From NCBI GenBank assembly GCA_000434555.1, contig FR880110.1, positions 95,284 to 159,283 of the forward strand: DNA of 64,000 bases, read 5' to 3'. Below, piece after piece: positions 1-8,139 of the stretch. The position numbers and the translations under genes are program-made. Every line of letters starts with the position of its first letter. Positions within the stretch are counted from its first letter, which is position 1. The stretch is from Clostridium sp. CAG:524 (GTDB lineage: Bacteria; Bacillota_I; Bacilli_A; RF39; UBA660). The notes under the pieces are model-generated. The model was not told the DNA's origin, did not search any database, and worked only from the letters and a program-made list of their open reading frames with translations.

Positions 1-1
1 A

Positions 2-1030
2 CTAGCATACTTAAGACCAAGAACAAACTTATTTAATGCAGTTTTTAGAGTAAGAAGTGTAGCTGCTCATGCTATACATGAATATTTTCAAAGTAATAAC
101 TATGTATATTTTCATAGTCCAATTATAACAGGAGCAGATTGTGAAGGATCAGGACAAATGTTCAAAGTAACAACTCTTGATATGAATAATCTTCCTTTAG
201 GGGAAGATAAGAAAGTTGATTTTAAGAAAGATTTGTTTGGTAAACAAACATATATAACAGGCTCTGGTCAACTTCATGGAGAAACTTTTGCTCTTGCATA
301 TAAAAAAATATATACATTTGGTCCAACAATGAGAACTGAAAACTCAAATACAAAAACACATGCTAATGAATTTTGGATGATTGAACCTGAAATAGCATTT
401 TGTGATATGAATGGAATAATGGATATAGAAGAAGAAATGTTGAAATTTATTATCAAGTATGTAATGGAAAGATGTCCACTTGAAATAGATTTCTTTGATA
501 AATTTGTAGAGAAAGGACTTAAAGATAAATTAAATAAAGTATTAAATAGTAAATTCGTAAGAATTACTCATCATGATGCTATAACTTTATTAAAAGAAGC
601 AAAAGTTGACTTTGAATTTAAACCAGAATATGGCGAAGATATTGCCAAAGAACATGAAAAATATATTACAGAACACTTTAATGGTCCAGTATTTATAACA
701 GACTGGCCAAAAGATATTAAAGCGTTTTATATGAAATTAAATGATGATAATAAAACAGTAGCTGCAGTAGATTTAGAAGTACCAGGTTCTGGAGAATTAA
801 TTGGTGGAAGTCAAAGAGAAGATGATTATGATAAACTAATTAATAGAATGAAAGAAATGAATATACCACTAGAAAACTTAGATTGGTATACAAATCTTAG
901 AAGATTTGGAGGCTGCTATCACGCAGGATTTGGTCTTGGATTTGAAAGATTAATAATGTATCTAACAGGTATTGAAAACATAAGAGATGTAATACCTTAT
1001 CCAAGAACACCTAATAACTGTGACTACTAA
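2..1030 (+). CDS. asnS: Asparagine--tRNA ligase, C-terminal ~343 aa (5' end upstream of window)
   Basis: This frame is open from nt 2 (LAYLRPRTNLFNAVFRVRSVAAHAIHEYF...), well before the Met at 158 used in the ORF track. Class IIb aaRS motifs are present: FGPTMRTENSNTKTHANEFWMIEPE, GSGELIGGSQRE, GFGLGFERL. Confidence 0.9.
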   Translation, partial: LAYLRPRTNLFNAVFRVRSVAAHAIHEYFQSNNYVYFHSPIITGADCEGSGQMFKVTTLDMNNLPLGEDKKVDFKKDLFGKQTYITGSGQLHGETFALAYKKIYTFGPTMRTENSNTKTHANEFWMIEPEIAFCDMNGIMDIEEEMLKFIIKYVMERCPLEIDFFDKFVEKGLKDKLNKVLNSKFVRITHHDAITLLKEAKVDFEFKPEYGEDIAKEHEKYITEHFNGPVFITDWPKDIKAFYMKLNDDNKTVAAVDLEVPGSGELIGGSQREDDYDKLINRMKEMNIPLENLDWYTNLRRFGGCYHAGFGLGFERLIMYLTGIENIRDVIPYPRTPNNCDY

Positions 1031-1041
1031 AAGGAGGAACA

Positions 1042-2793
1042 GTGAAAACAAATAAATATCGTACAATCATGATTAGTGATATAGAAAACGATATGGTAGG
1101 AAAAGAAATAATAGTTAGTGGTTGGGTACAAAATATAAGAGATCATGGTGGAGTTTTATTCCTTGATTTAAGAGATACAAGTGGAGTATTACAAACTGTA
1201 TCAAATGATGACTCTATATTTAAAGGCCTAGCTAAAGAAACAGTTATAAGATTAAAAGGTATACTTCGTAAAAGAGATGAAGATACTATAAATAAAAAAA
1301 TTAAAAGTGGAGAAGTGGAATTATTAATAAGTGAACTTGATGTACTTGGAGAGTCACTTCATGAATTACCATTTGAAATAATGTCTAGTAAGCAAGTAAG
1401 TGAAGATGTTAGACTTAAATATAGATATTTAGATATGAGAAATGATAAAGTAAAAGATAATATATTACTTAGAAGTGAAATACTACATTTCTTAAGAAAT
1501 AAAATGTATGATTTAAGTTTTACTGAAGTGCAAACACCAATACTTACTGCATCTAGTCCAGAAGGAGCAAGAGATTTTGTTGTTCCAAGTAGAAACTTTA
1601 AAGGTAAATTCTATGCTTTACCACAAGCTCCACAAATATATAAAGAATTATTAATGGTAGGCGGAATAGATAAATATTTTCAAGTAGCACCTTGCTTTAG
1701 AGATGAAGATGCTAGAAGTGATAGAACATTAGAGTTTTACCAACTTGATCTTGAAATGAACTTTGTTACTGAAGAAGAAGTACTTCTACTTGGAGAAGAA
1801 ATATTTCATTCAGTATTCACAAAATATAGTGATAAAAAAGTTTCACCTAAACCATTTAGAAGAATAAGTTACAATGATTCAATGGAAATGTATGGAACAG
1901 ATAAGCCAGATTTAAGAAACCCACTTATAATAAAAGATATAAGTAAGATACTTGAAAATACTACATTTGGTCCATTTAAAAGTTCGATTATAAAAGCAAT
2001 AGTTGTAGATGATATAGGAGATAAATCAAACTCATGGTTCAATGAAATAGTGGATTATGCGTCATCTATTGGAATGCCAGGTATAGGGTATTTAACACTT
2101 ACTAAAGATAAAACATTTAAAGGACCTATAGATAAATTCTTAAATGATATAGAAAGAAAAGATTTAATAGAATTTTTATCTATGAAAGAAAATTCAGTAG
2201 TATTCTTTATTGCTAATAAGAATAAAAAAGTAGCTCAAAAGTTCTCAGGTCAAATAAGAACATATCTTGGAAACAAACTTAACTTAATAGATGAAAATAG
2301 AATAGAATTATGTATTATTAATGACTTTCCAATGTTTGAATATGATGAGAAACTTAGAAAATATGAATTTTGTCATAACCCATTTAGTCTTCCACATGAA
2401 AGCAATATAGAGTATAATAAAGATAACATGGATGAAATACTGGCATATCAATATGACTTTGTATGTAATGGTAATGAGATGGCAAGTGGAGCAATAAGAA
2501 ATAGTAATGTTGAATCACTTATAAAAGGGTTTGAAGCAGTAGGCTATAAAAGGGATGAAGTTGAACGTAAATTTCAGTCATTAATAACTGCATTTAAATA
2601 TGGATGTCCACCTCATGGAGGTATGGCTCTTGGAATAGATAGAATTATTATGATATTAAAAGATGAATCAAACTTAAGAGAAGTACAAGCATTTCCGGTA
2701 AGTACTAGTGGTCAAGACCTTATGATGGGAAGTCCTGGTACATTAGAACCAAAGCAATTAGAGGAGCTCGGTATTAAGATAAAGGAGGAATAA
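1042..2793 (+). CDS. aspS: Aspartate--tRNA ligase (bacterial type, with GAD-like insertion)
   Basis: GTG start 11 nt after the asnS stop, behind an AAGGAGG RBS. OB-fold N-terminus (GWVQNIRDHGGVLFLDLRD). Class II motifs FRDEDARSDR, QLDLEM, GGMALGIDRI. Confidence 0.9.
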   Translation: MKTNKYRTIMISDIENDMVGKEIIVSGWVQNIRDHGGVLFLDLRDTSGVLQTVSNDDSIFKGLAKETVIRLKGILRKRDEDTINKKIKSGEVELLISELDVLGESLHELPFEIMSSKQVSEDVRLKYRYLDMRNDKVKDNILLRSEILHFLRNKMYDLSFTEVQTPILTASSPEGARDFVVPSRNFKGKFYALPQAPQIYKELLMVGGIDKYFQVAPCFRDEDARSDRTLEFYQLDLEMNFVTEEEVLLLGEEIFHSVFTKYSDKKVSPKPFRRISYNDSMEMYGTDKPDLRNPLIIKDISKILENTTFGPFKSSIIKAIVVDDIGDKSNSWFNEIVDYASSIGMPGIGYLTLTKDKTFKGPIDKFLNDIERKDLIEFLSMKENSVVFFIANKNKKVAQKFSGQIRTYLGNKLNLIDENRIELCIINDFPMFEYDEKLRKYEFCHNPFSLPHESNIEYNKDNMDEILAYQYDFVCNGNEMASGAIRNSNVESLIKGFEAVGYKRDEVERKFQSLITAFKYGCPPHGGMALGIDRIIMILKDESNLREVQAFPVSTSGQDLMMGSPGTLEPKQLEELGIKIKEE

Positions 2794-2795
2794 TA

Positions 2796-3095
2796 ATGAG
2801 TAATTTCACAAAAGAAATGATAGATGATTATGCTGATAAATTACTTATAGGATTAACAGAAGAAGAAAGAACTAATATACAAGAAGAATTTGATGAAATA
2901 GAAAAAAATATGGATTTAATAAATGAAATACCAAATATTAAAGACACTGAACCACTTAGTTATCCATATGATTCTTATATAGAAGAATTAAGAAGTGATG
3001 ATGAGGTACTGGAAGAAATACCTATTGAAGATTTACTTAAGAATTGTGACCAATATGAAGGTAGAGAAGTAGAAGTACCAAAGGTGGTGGGATAA
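2796..3095 (+). CDS. gatC: Asp/Glu-tRNA amidotransferase subunit C
   Basis: 99-aa acidic protein starting 2 nt after aspS and overlapping the gatA start. Size and position are typical of gatC in a gatCAB operon. Confidence 0.8.
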   Translation: MSNFTKEMIDDYADKLLIGLTEEERTNIQEEFDEIEKNMDLINEIPNIKDTEPLSYPYDSYIEELRSDDEVLEEIPIEDLLKNCDQYEGREVEVPKVVG

Positions 3096-4546
3096 TGATA
3101 ACTAAAAATATTAAAGAATTACATGAAGATTTATTAAATAAGAAAATTACTTCAAAAGAACTAGTAGATGAATCATTAAAAAAATGTCATAGTATACAGG
3201 AAGCAACTAATTCATTTGTAACTATAATTGATGATGCGAAAGAAAGAGAAGTAACAGAAGAACTTGTAAGTGGTATACCTTTTGGAGTTAAAGATAACTT
3301 TTCTACTAAAGATATTTTATCAACAGGAAGTTCTAATACATTAAAAGATTATGTTCCATTCTTTGATGCAACTGCTGTACTTAATCTTAAAAATAAAGGC
3401 GCAGTTCCAGTTTCAAAAACTGTTCTTGATGAACTTGGAATGGGCGGAACAGGTACTACAGGACATACAGGCATTGTACATAATCCCTGGGATACTAGTA
3501 GAATGACAGCAGGAAGTTCAGCAGGAAGTGCAGCATCTGTCGCATGTGGATGCTATCCATTTGCTCTTGGAAGTGATACAGGTGACTCAATACGTAAGCC
3601 AGCTGCATACTGTGGAATAGTTGGATATAAACCTACATATGGAATGATTTCAAGATATGGACTTTTTCCATTTGCTTGCTCTCTTGATACAGTTGGTGTA
3701 TTATCAAGAAGTGTAGAAGATGCTGCTATCGCAGTAGATGCTATGAAAGGAAAAGATCCTAAAGATATGACATCTTGGGATTCAAGTGATATTGAATTAT
3801 ATAAAAGTTTAAATAAAGATGTTAAAGGTAAAAAATTATTCTATATTAAAGAAATAACTGATATAGATAATTATAAAAATCCTAGTGAAGAATTAAAAAA
3901 TCATTTAGAAAATTTTAATAAAACAATAGAACTTTGTAAAAAACTTGGTATGGAAGTATATGAAGAAAGTGTTGATAAAAAGTTATTAGATGCAGTTCCA
4001 TCAGTTTATGTAGTGTTATCTTGTGCAGAAGCAACAAGTAATATGTCTAACTTAACTGGAATTAGTTTTGGTCCAAGAGGTGAAGGTGAAACTCCATTTG
4101 AAATAATGAAAGATCACAGAACTAAAGGATTTAGTCCACTTATTAAAAGAAGATTTGTAATTGGTTCTTATGTACTTCAAAAAGAAAACCAAGAAAAATA
4201 TTTCATAAATGCTAAAAGAGTAAGAAGACTTATTGTTAACAAAATGAACGAATTATTTAGTAAATATGATGGACTTATTTTACCTGTAGGTAGTGGTCCT
4301 GCTAAACCTATAGAAGACTCCAAAAATAAATTATCTAGTTCAAATAATATTTTAGAAGACCACTTACAAATAGGTAACTTTGGTGGATATCCATCAATAA
4401 CAATACCAAATGGATTTGTAAATAATCTTCCAGTTGGAGTAAATATAACAGGTAAAGTTAAGGATGATATAAATGTTTTAAATATTGCATACGCTCTTGA
4501 AAGTAATATGGAATATAAAAATCAAATTGCAAAGGAGGTGTTATAA
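3095..4546 (+). CDS. gatA: Asp/Glu-tRNA amidotransferase subunit A
   Basis: Amidase signature is present: GGTGTTGHTG..., AGSSAGSAASVA, GSDTGDSIRKPA. It is translationally coupled to gatC and gatB. Confidence 0.9.
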   Translation: MITKNIKELHEDLLNKKITSKELVDESLKKCHSIQEATNSFVTIIDDAKEREVTEELVSGIPFGVKDNFSTKDILSTGSSNTLKDYVPFFDATAVLNLKNKGAVPVSKTVLDELGMGGTGTTGHTGIVHNPWDTSRMTAGSSAGSAASVACGCYPFALGSDTGDSIRKPAAYCGIVGYKPTYGMISRYGLFPFACSLDTVGVLSRSVEDAAIAVDAMKGKDPKDMTSWDSSDIELYKSLNKDVKGKKLFYIKEITDIDNYKNPSEELKNHLENFNKTIELCKKLGMEVYEESVDKKLLDAVPSVYVVLSCAEATSNMSNLTGISFGPRGEGETPFEIMKDHRTKGFSPLIKRRFVIGSYVLQKENQEKYFINAKRVRRLIVNKMNELFSKYDGLILPVGSGPAKPIEDSKNKLSSSNNILEDHLQIGNFGGYPSITIPNGFVNNLPVGVNITGKVKDDINVLNIAYALESNMEYKNQIAKEVL

Positions 4547-5976
4547 TGTCATATAAGGCAGTAATAGGACTAGAATTTCACTGTGAAATGAAGTCAAATA
4601 CAAAAGTATTTTCACCATCAAGCAATAGTTTTAGTAAAAGAGCTAACTCAAATGTAGCACCACTTGATATGGCATTTCCAGGTACACTTCCAGTTGTTAA
4701 TAAAACATGTGTCAAAAAAGCAATAATGATGGCTTCAATATTGAATTGTAAAATACCTGAATATATGGAATTTGATAGAAAAAACTATTATTATCCAGAT
4801 CTTCCAAAGGGATATCAACTAACACAATTCTTTAATCCAGTTGGAGTAAATGGTAAAATAACTATAGATGTAAAAGGCACTAAAAAAGAAGTATTAATTC
4901 ATGATATACATTTAGAAGAAGATGCTGCTTCACTTGATCACTATTATAATACTTCAACAATAGATTATAATAGAGCAGGTGTACCTCTTTTAGAACTTGT
5001 AACAGAGCCATGTTTACATAGTGCAGATGAAGCACTAGCATTCTTAGAACATGTTAAAAGTATTTATGAATATACTGATATATCAGAATGTGATACTAAA
5101 AAAGGACAAATAAGAGCCGATGTAAACGTATCAATAATGAATGAAAATGATACTTGCTTTGGTACAAAGGTTGAAGTTAAAAACGTAAATAGTTTTGATG
5201 CGATTAGAAAAACAATAGAATATGAAATTAAAAGACAATCAGAACTAAAAGATGCAGGACGTTATGATGAAGTAGTACAAGAAACAAGAAGATGGGATGA
5301 CGAAAGTGGTACTACTATCCATATGAGAAGTAAAGCTGATGCGATAGATTATAAATACTTCACAGAACCAAATATTCCAAGATATAAAATATCAAAAGAA
5401 TTAATAGAAGAAATTAAATCACAAATACCAATGCTTGCAAGTGAAAGAAAAGAAAAATATATGAATGAGTATGGACTTTCAGAATATGATGCAAACGTAC
5501 TTACTAAAAATAAAAAAGTATCAGATTACTTTGAAGAATGCATTAAAGATAAATGTGATCCTAAAATGGCATGTAACTGGATAACAACAAGATTACTTGG
5601 TGAAATAAATAAGAGTGAAGACATAACAATAGACAATATATTTATAAGACCAAACATGATAGTAGAATTAATAACACTTGTAAATGATAAAAAAATATCA
5701 TCAGATCAAGCTAAAAAAGTGTTTACTAAAATGCTAGAAGAAAAACTAACTCCAAAAGAAATAGTTAAAAAATATGATATGGAAGTAATAGAAGATTCAT
5801 CATTTATAGATTCACTTGTAGATGAAGTAATAAGTGAAAATGAAAAAGCAATCACAGATTATCATAACGGAAGAACTAATATGTTAGATTACCTAGTTGG
5901 TCAAGTAATGAAAAAATCAAAAGGAAAAGCAAATCCAGTTGAAGCAAAATCTAAAATGTTAGAAAAAATTAAATAA
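4546..5976 (+). CDS. gatB: Asp/Glu-tRNA amidotransferase subunit B
   Basis: GLEFHCEM, PGTLPVVNK and YYYPDLPKGYQLTQ motifs, with a YqeY-like C-terminal tail. The start overlaps the gatA stop (TAATG). Confidence 0.9.
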   Translation: MSYKAVIGLEFHCEMKSNTKVFSPSSNSFSKRANSNVAPLDMAFPGTLPVVNKTCVKKAIMMASILNCKIPEYMEFDRKNYYYPDLPKGYQLTQFFNPVGVNGKITIDVKGTKKEVLIHDIHLEEDAASLDHYYNTSTIDYNRAGVPLLELVTEPCLHSADEALAFLEHVKSIYEYTDISECDTKKGQIRADVNVSIMNENDTCFGTKVEVKNVNSFDAIRKTIEYEIKRQSELKDAGRYDEVVQETRRWDDESGTTIHMRSKADAIDYKYFTEPNIPRYKISKELIEEIKSQIPMLASERKEKYMNEYGLSEYDANVLTKNKKVSDYFEECIKDKCDPKMACNWITTRLLGEINKSEDITIDNIFIRPNMIVELITLVNDKKISSDQAKKVFTKMLEEKLTPKEIVKKYDMEVIEDSSFIDSLVDEVISENEKAITDYHNGRTNMLDYLVGQVMKKSKGKANPVEAKSKMLEKIK

Positions 5977-5980
5977 TGTA

Positions 5981-6009
5981 ATACCTAGTCATATGATTAG
6001 GTATTTTTA
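5981..6009 (+). terminator. Rho-independent terminator after gatB
   Basis: Stem ATACCTA (5981-5987) pairs with TAGGTAT (5998-6004), followed by TTTT. Confidence 0.6.
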
Positions 6010-6080
6010 ATGTAAAATTTACATATAATTACTATAAATAATATTCAATATAAAACAATATGATATAATTTAGATGGAGA

Positions 6081-7136
6081 ATGTATATGAAAAAGAAAAA
6101 AAGTAAAATGTTAAGAAATTTATTATTTTTTGTGATATTTGCTGGTATTTCAGTAATAGCATTTAATTATTTTAATGTGTATGATAAGATACTAGAATAT
6201 ACTATGGAAAACGGAATCAATATTGGTAATGTTTATGTGGTTAAACCTAAGGTTAAGATAATTGATGAAGATTCTAAAACTAGACATATTGCAGTATCAA
6301 TTAATAACAATCATGATGCTTATCCACATGCTGGACTACAGGATGCATATCTTGCATACGAACTTATCGCAGAAGGTGGAATCACAAGAATAATCGCACT
6401 TTTTAAAGACCAAGCAACTAAAAAGATAGGTTCTGTTAGAAGTGCAAGACATTATTTTTTAGATTATGTTCTTGAAAATGATGCTATATTTGTTCATTAT
6501 GGGCATTCACCACAAGCATTAAGTGATATAAAAAGTTTAAAGATTAACAATATAAATGGTATGTATGATGCTAAAGGATTTTTTAGAGATACTTCACTTC
6601 ATAGAGCATATGAACATACTGCATTTACATCAATGGATAGAATTAATAAGTTAATAAAATCAAAAAAATATAGAAATACCACTGAAGAACAGTTACTCAA
6701 ATATAGTCCTATTAAAATGGAATATAAAACTGAAAATAAAAAAGAAGCAAAAATAGTTGAAATAGTATATTCATCATATCAAACAACAAAATATGTTTAT
6801 GATCCTGAGAATATGAATTATAAAATGTTTATGGGAGGAAAAGAACATACTGACCTTATCACTAAAAAACAATATACTGTTAAAAATATAATAACTTATC
6901 AAGTGCAAAATTCTAGTATACAGAGTGATAGAAAAGGTAGACAAGATTTATATAATGTTGGTAATGGAGAAGGATATTATATTTCAAATGGTGAAGCAAT
7001 AAAGATAAAATGGAGTAAAAAAGATAGAGCAAGTAAAACTATTTATACTTTAGAAGATGGAAGTGAACTTAAAGTAAATGATGGAAATACTTGGATTCAT
7101 ATACAACCAAAAGGTAAAAAATTAAATATTTCTTAA
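6081..7136 (+). CDS. DUF3048 (YerB-like) membrane-anchored/secreted protein
   Basis: N-terminal TM/signal segment. The core HIAVSINNNHDAYPHAGLQDAYLAYELIAEGGITRIIALF...GSVRSARHYFLDYV matches my recollection of the YerB/DUF3048 family. Confidence 0.75.
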   Translation: MYMKKKKSKMLRNLLFFVIFAGISVIAFNYFNVYDKILEYTMENGINIGNVYVVKPKVKIIDEDSKTRHIAVSINNNHDAYPHAGLQDAYLAYELIAEGGITRIIALFKDQATKKIGSVRSARHYFLDYVLENDAIFVHYGHSPQALSDIKSLKINNINGMYDAKGFFRDTSLHRAYEHTAFTSMDRINKLIKSKKYRNTTEEQLLKYSPIKMEYKTENKKEAKIVEIVYSSYQTTKYVYDPENMNYKMFMGGKEHTDLITKKQYTVKNIITYQVQNSSIQSDRKGRQDLYNVGNGEGYYISNGEAIKIKWSKKDRASKTIYTLEDGSELKVNDGNTWIHIQPKGKKLNIS

Positions 7137-7214
7137 TATCAAAATTTTATATTGAAATATTAAATATTAAATGTTAAAATAGTACTATGAGAATAAGGAG
7201 GATATGATACTCAT

Positions 7215-7952
7215 ATGAAAGATAATATATTAAATTTTTTAGCAGATAATTATTTGATTTTTATGATTGTTGCTGTAATATTACTATTTGCATTAATTGG
7301 CTTTATTGTTGATGGTAAAAAGAAAAAACAAAAAGGAGGAGAAGTTGTTCCTGGAGCGTCTGTTCCACCACAACCAGCGCCAGCCATGGTAAATCCTGGA
7401 ATGGCACCACAAGCTGATACTGTTACACCAGCTCCTGCTGTAGCTCCTGCACCAGCACCAGTTGAACCTAGTTTAAGTGGTCTTGAAGCAACTGCTAACG
7501 ATGTTACTTTAAATACAAGTACACCAGTTACACCTCAAGTAGCTCCTGCGACTGAAGCACCAGTTGAAAGTATTTTTAATACTCCAGCTGTGGAGTCACC
7601 AGTGTCAGCTACAACTGAGAAACCAACTTTAGTGATTGAAGAACCAGCACCAATGGTACAACCAGAGGCATCAGTTCAAAGCCCTGAAGTTATGGCTCCA
7701 CCAATTGGTGAAACTCCATCAATAGGAGAAACACCAAGTATTGGCGAAACTCCAAGTATAGGTGAAACTCCAAGCATTGGTACAACACCAGTAGCACCTC
7801 AAGTTGAAACTTCAACTGTTACTCCTGAAGTAGCGCCTGTTGCTTCAAGTGTTCCTGAAACTCCAGTACCACCAGTTATAGGAGAAACACCTAGTATACC
7901 TGCTGCACCTGTTTCTGAAGCACCACAAACACCAGGTACACCACTTCAATAA
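7215..7952 (+). CDS. Membrane-anchored Pro/Thr/Ala/Val-rich low-complexity protein
   Basis: GGAGG RBS and one N-terminal TM helix (LIFMIVAVILLFALIGFIV). The remaining ~200 aa are P/A/T/V-rich and include a 5x IGETPS repeat. Confidence 0.7.
   Translation: MKDNILNFLADNYLIFMIVAVILLFALIGFIVDGKKKKQKGGEVVPGASVPPQPAPAMVNPGMAPQADTVTPAPAVAPAPAPVEPSLSGLEATANDVTLNTSTPVTPQVAPATEAPVESIFNTPAVESPVSATTEKPTLVIEEPAPMVQPEASVQSPEVMAPPIGETPSIGETPSIGETPSIGETPSIGTTPVAPQVETSTVTPEVAPVASSVPETPVPPVIGETPSIPAAPVSEAPQTPGTPLQ
7704..7793 (+). repeat. Five tandem 18-bp units encoding IGETPS (last unit IGTTPV)
   Basis: attggtgaaactccatca / ataggagaaacaccaagt / attggcgaaactccaagt / ataggtgaaactccaagc / attggtacaacaccagta. 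The peptide repeat is conserved while synonymous codons differ between units. Confidence 0.9.
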
Positions 7953-7977
7953 AAAAATCAAAGATAGATATAATAAT

Positions 7978-8001
7978 AGCACTAGAAATAGTGCTTTTTT
8001 G
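7978..8001 (+). terminator. Rho-independent terminator
   Basis: AGCACT (7978-7983) pairs with AGTGCT (7990-7995), followed by T6. Confidence 0.7.
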
Positions 8002-8139
8002 TTTAGTATAAAAGTGATTATTTAAATAGTTAATTTTTATTCCCCACTAGATTATCTAGAACTATTATTTATTTGCAAGTATAAGTTTTGAATAAAAATC
8101 AAATCTTTTAAATTTAATTCATTTACTAATTATTATTAT

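Noticed and set aside
2-5976. asnS, aspS and gatCAB sit in one tight cluster. I considered whether this signals redundant direct and indirect Asn-tRNA pathways.
   Set aside because: Firmicutes generally lack GlnRS and need GatCAB for Gln-tRNA, so having both AsnRS and GatCAB is normal. The contiguity is tidy, but I cannot call AspRS non-discriminating from sequence by eye.
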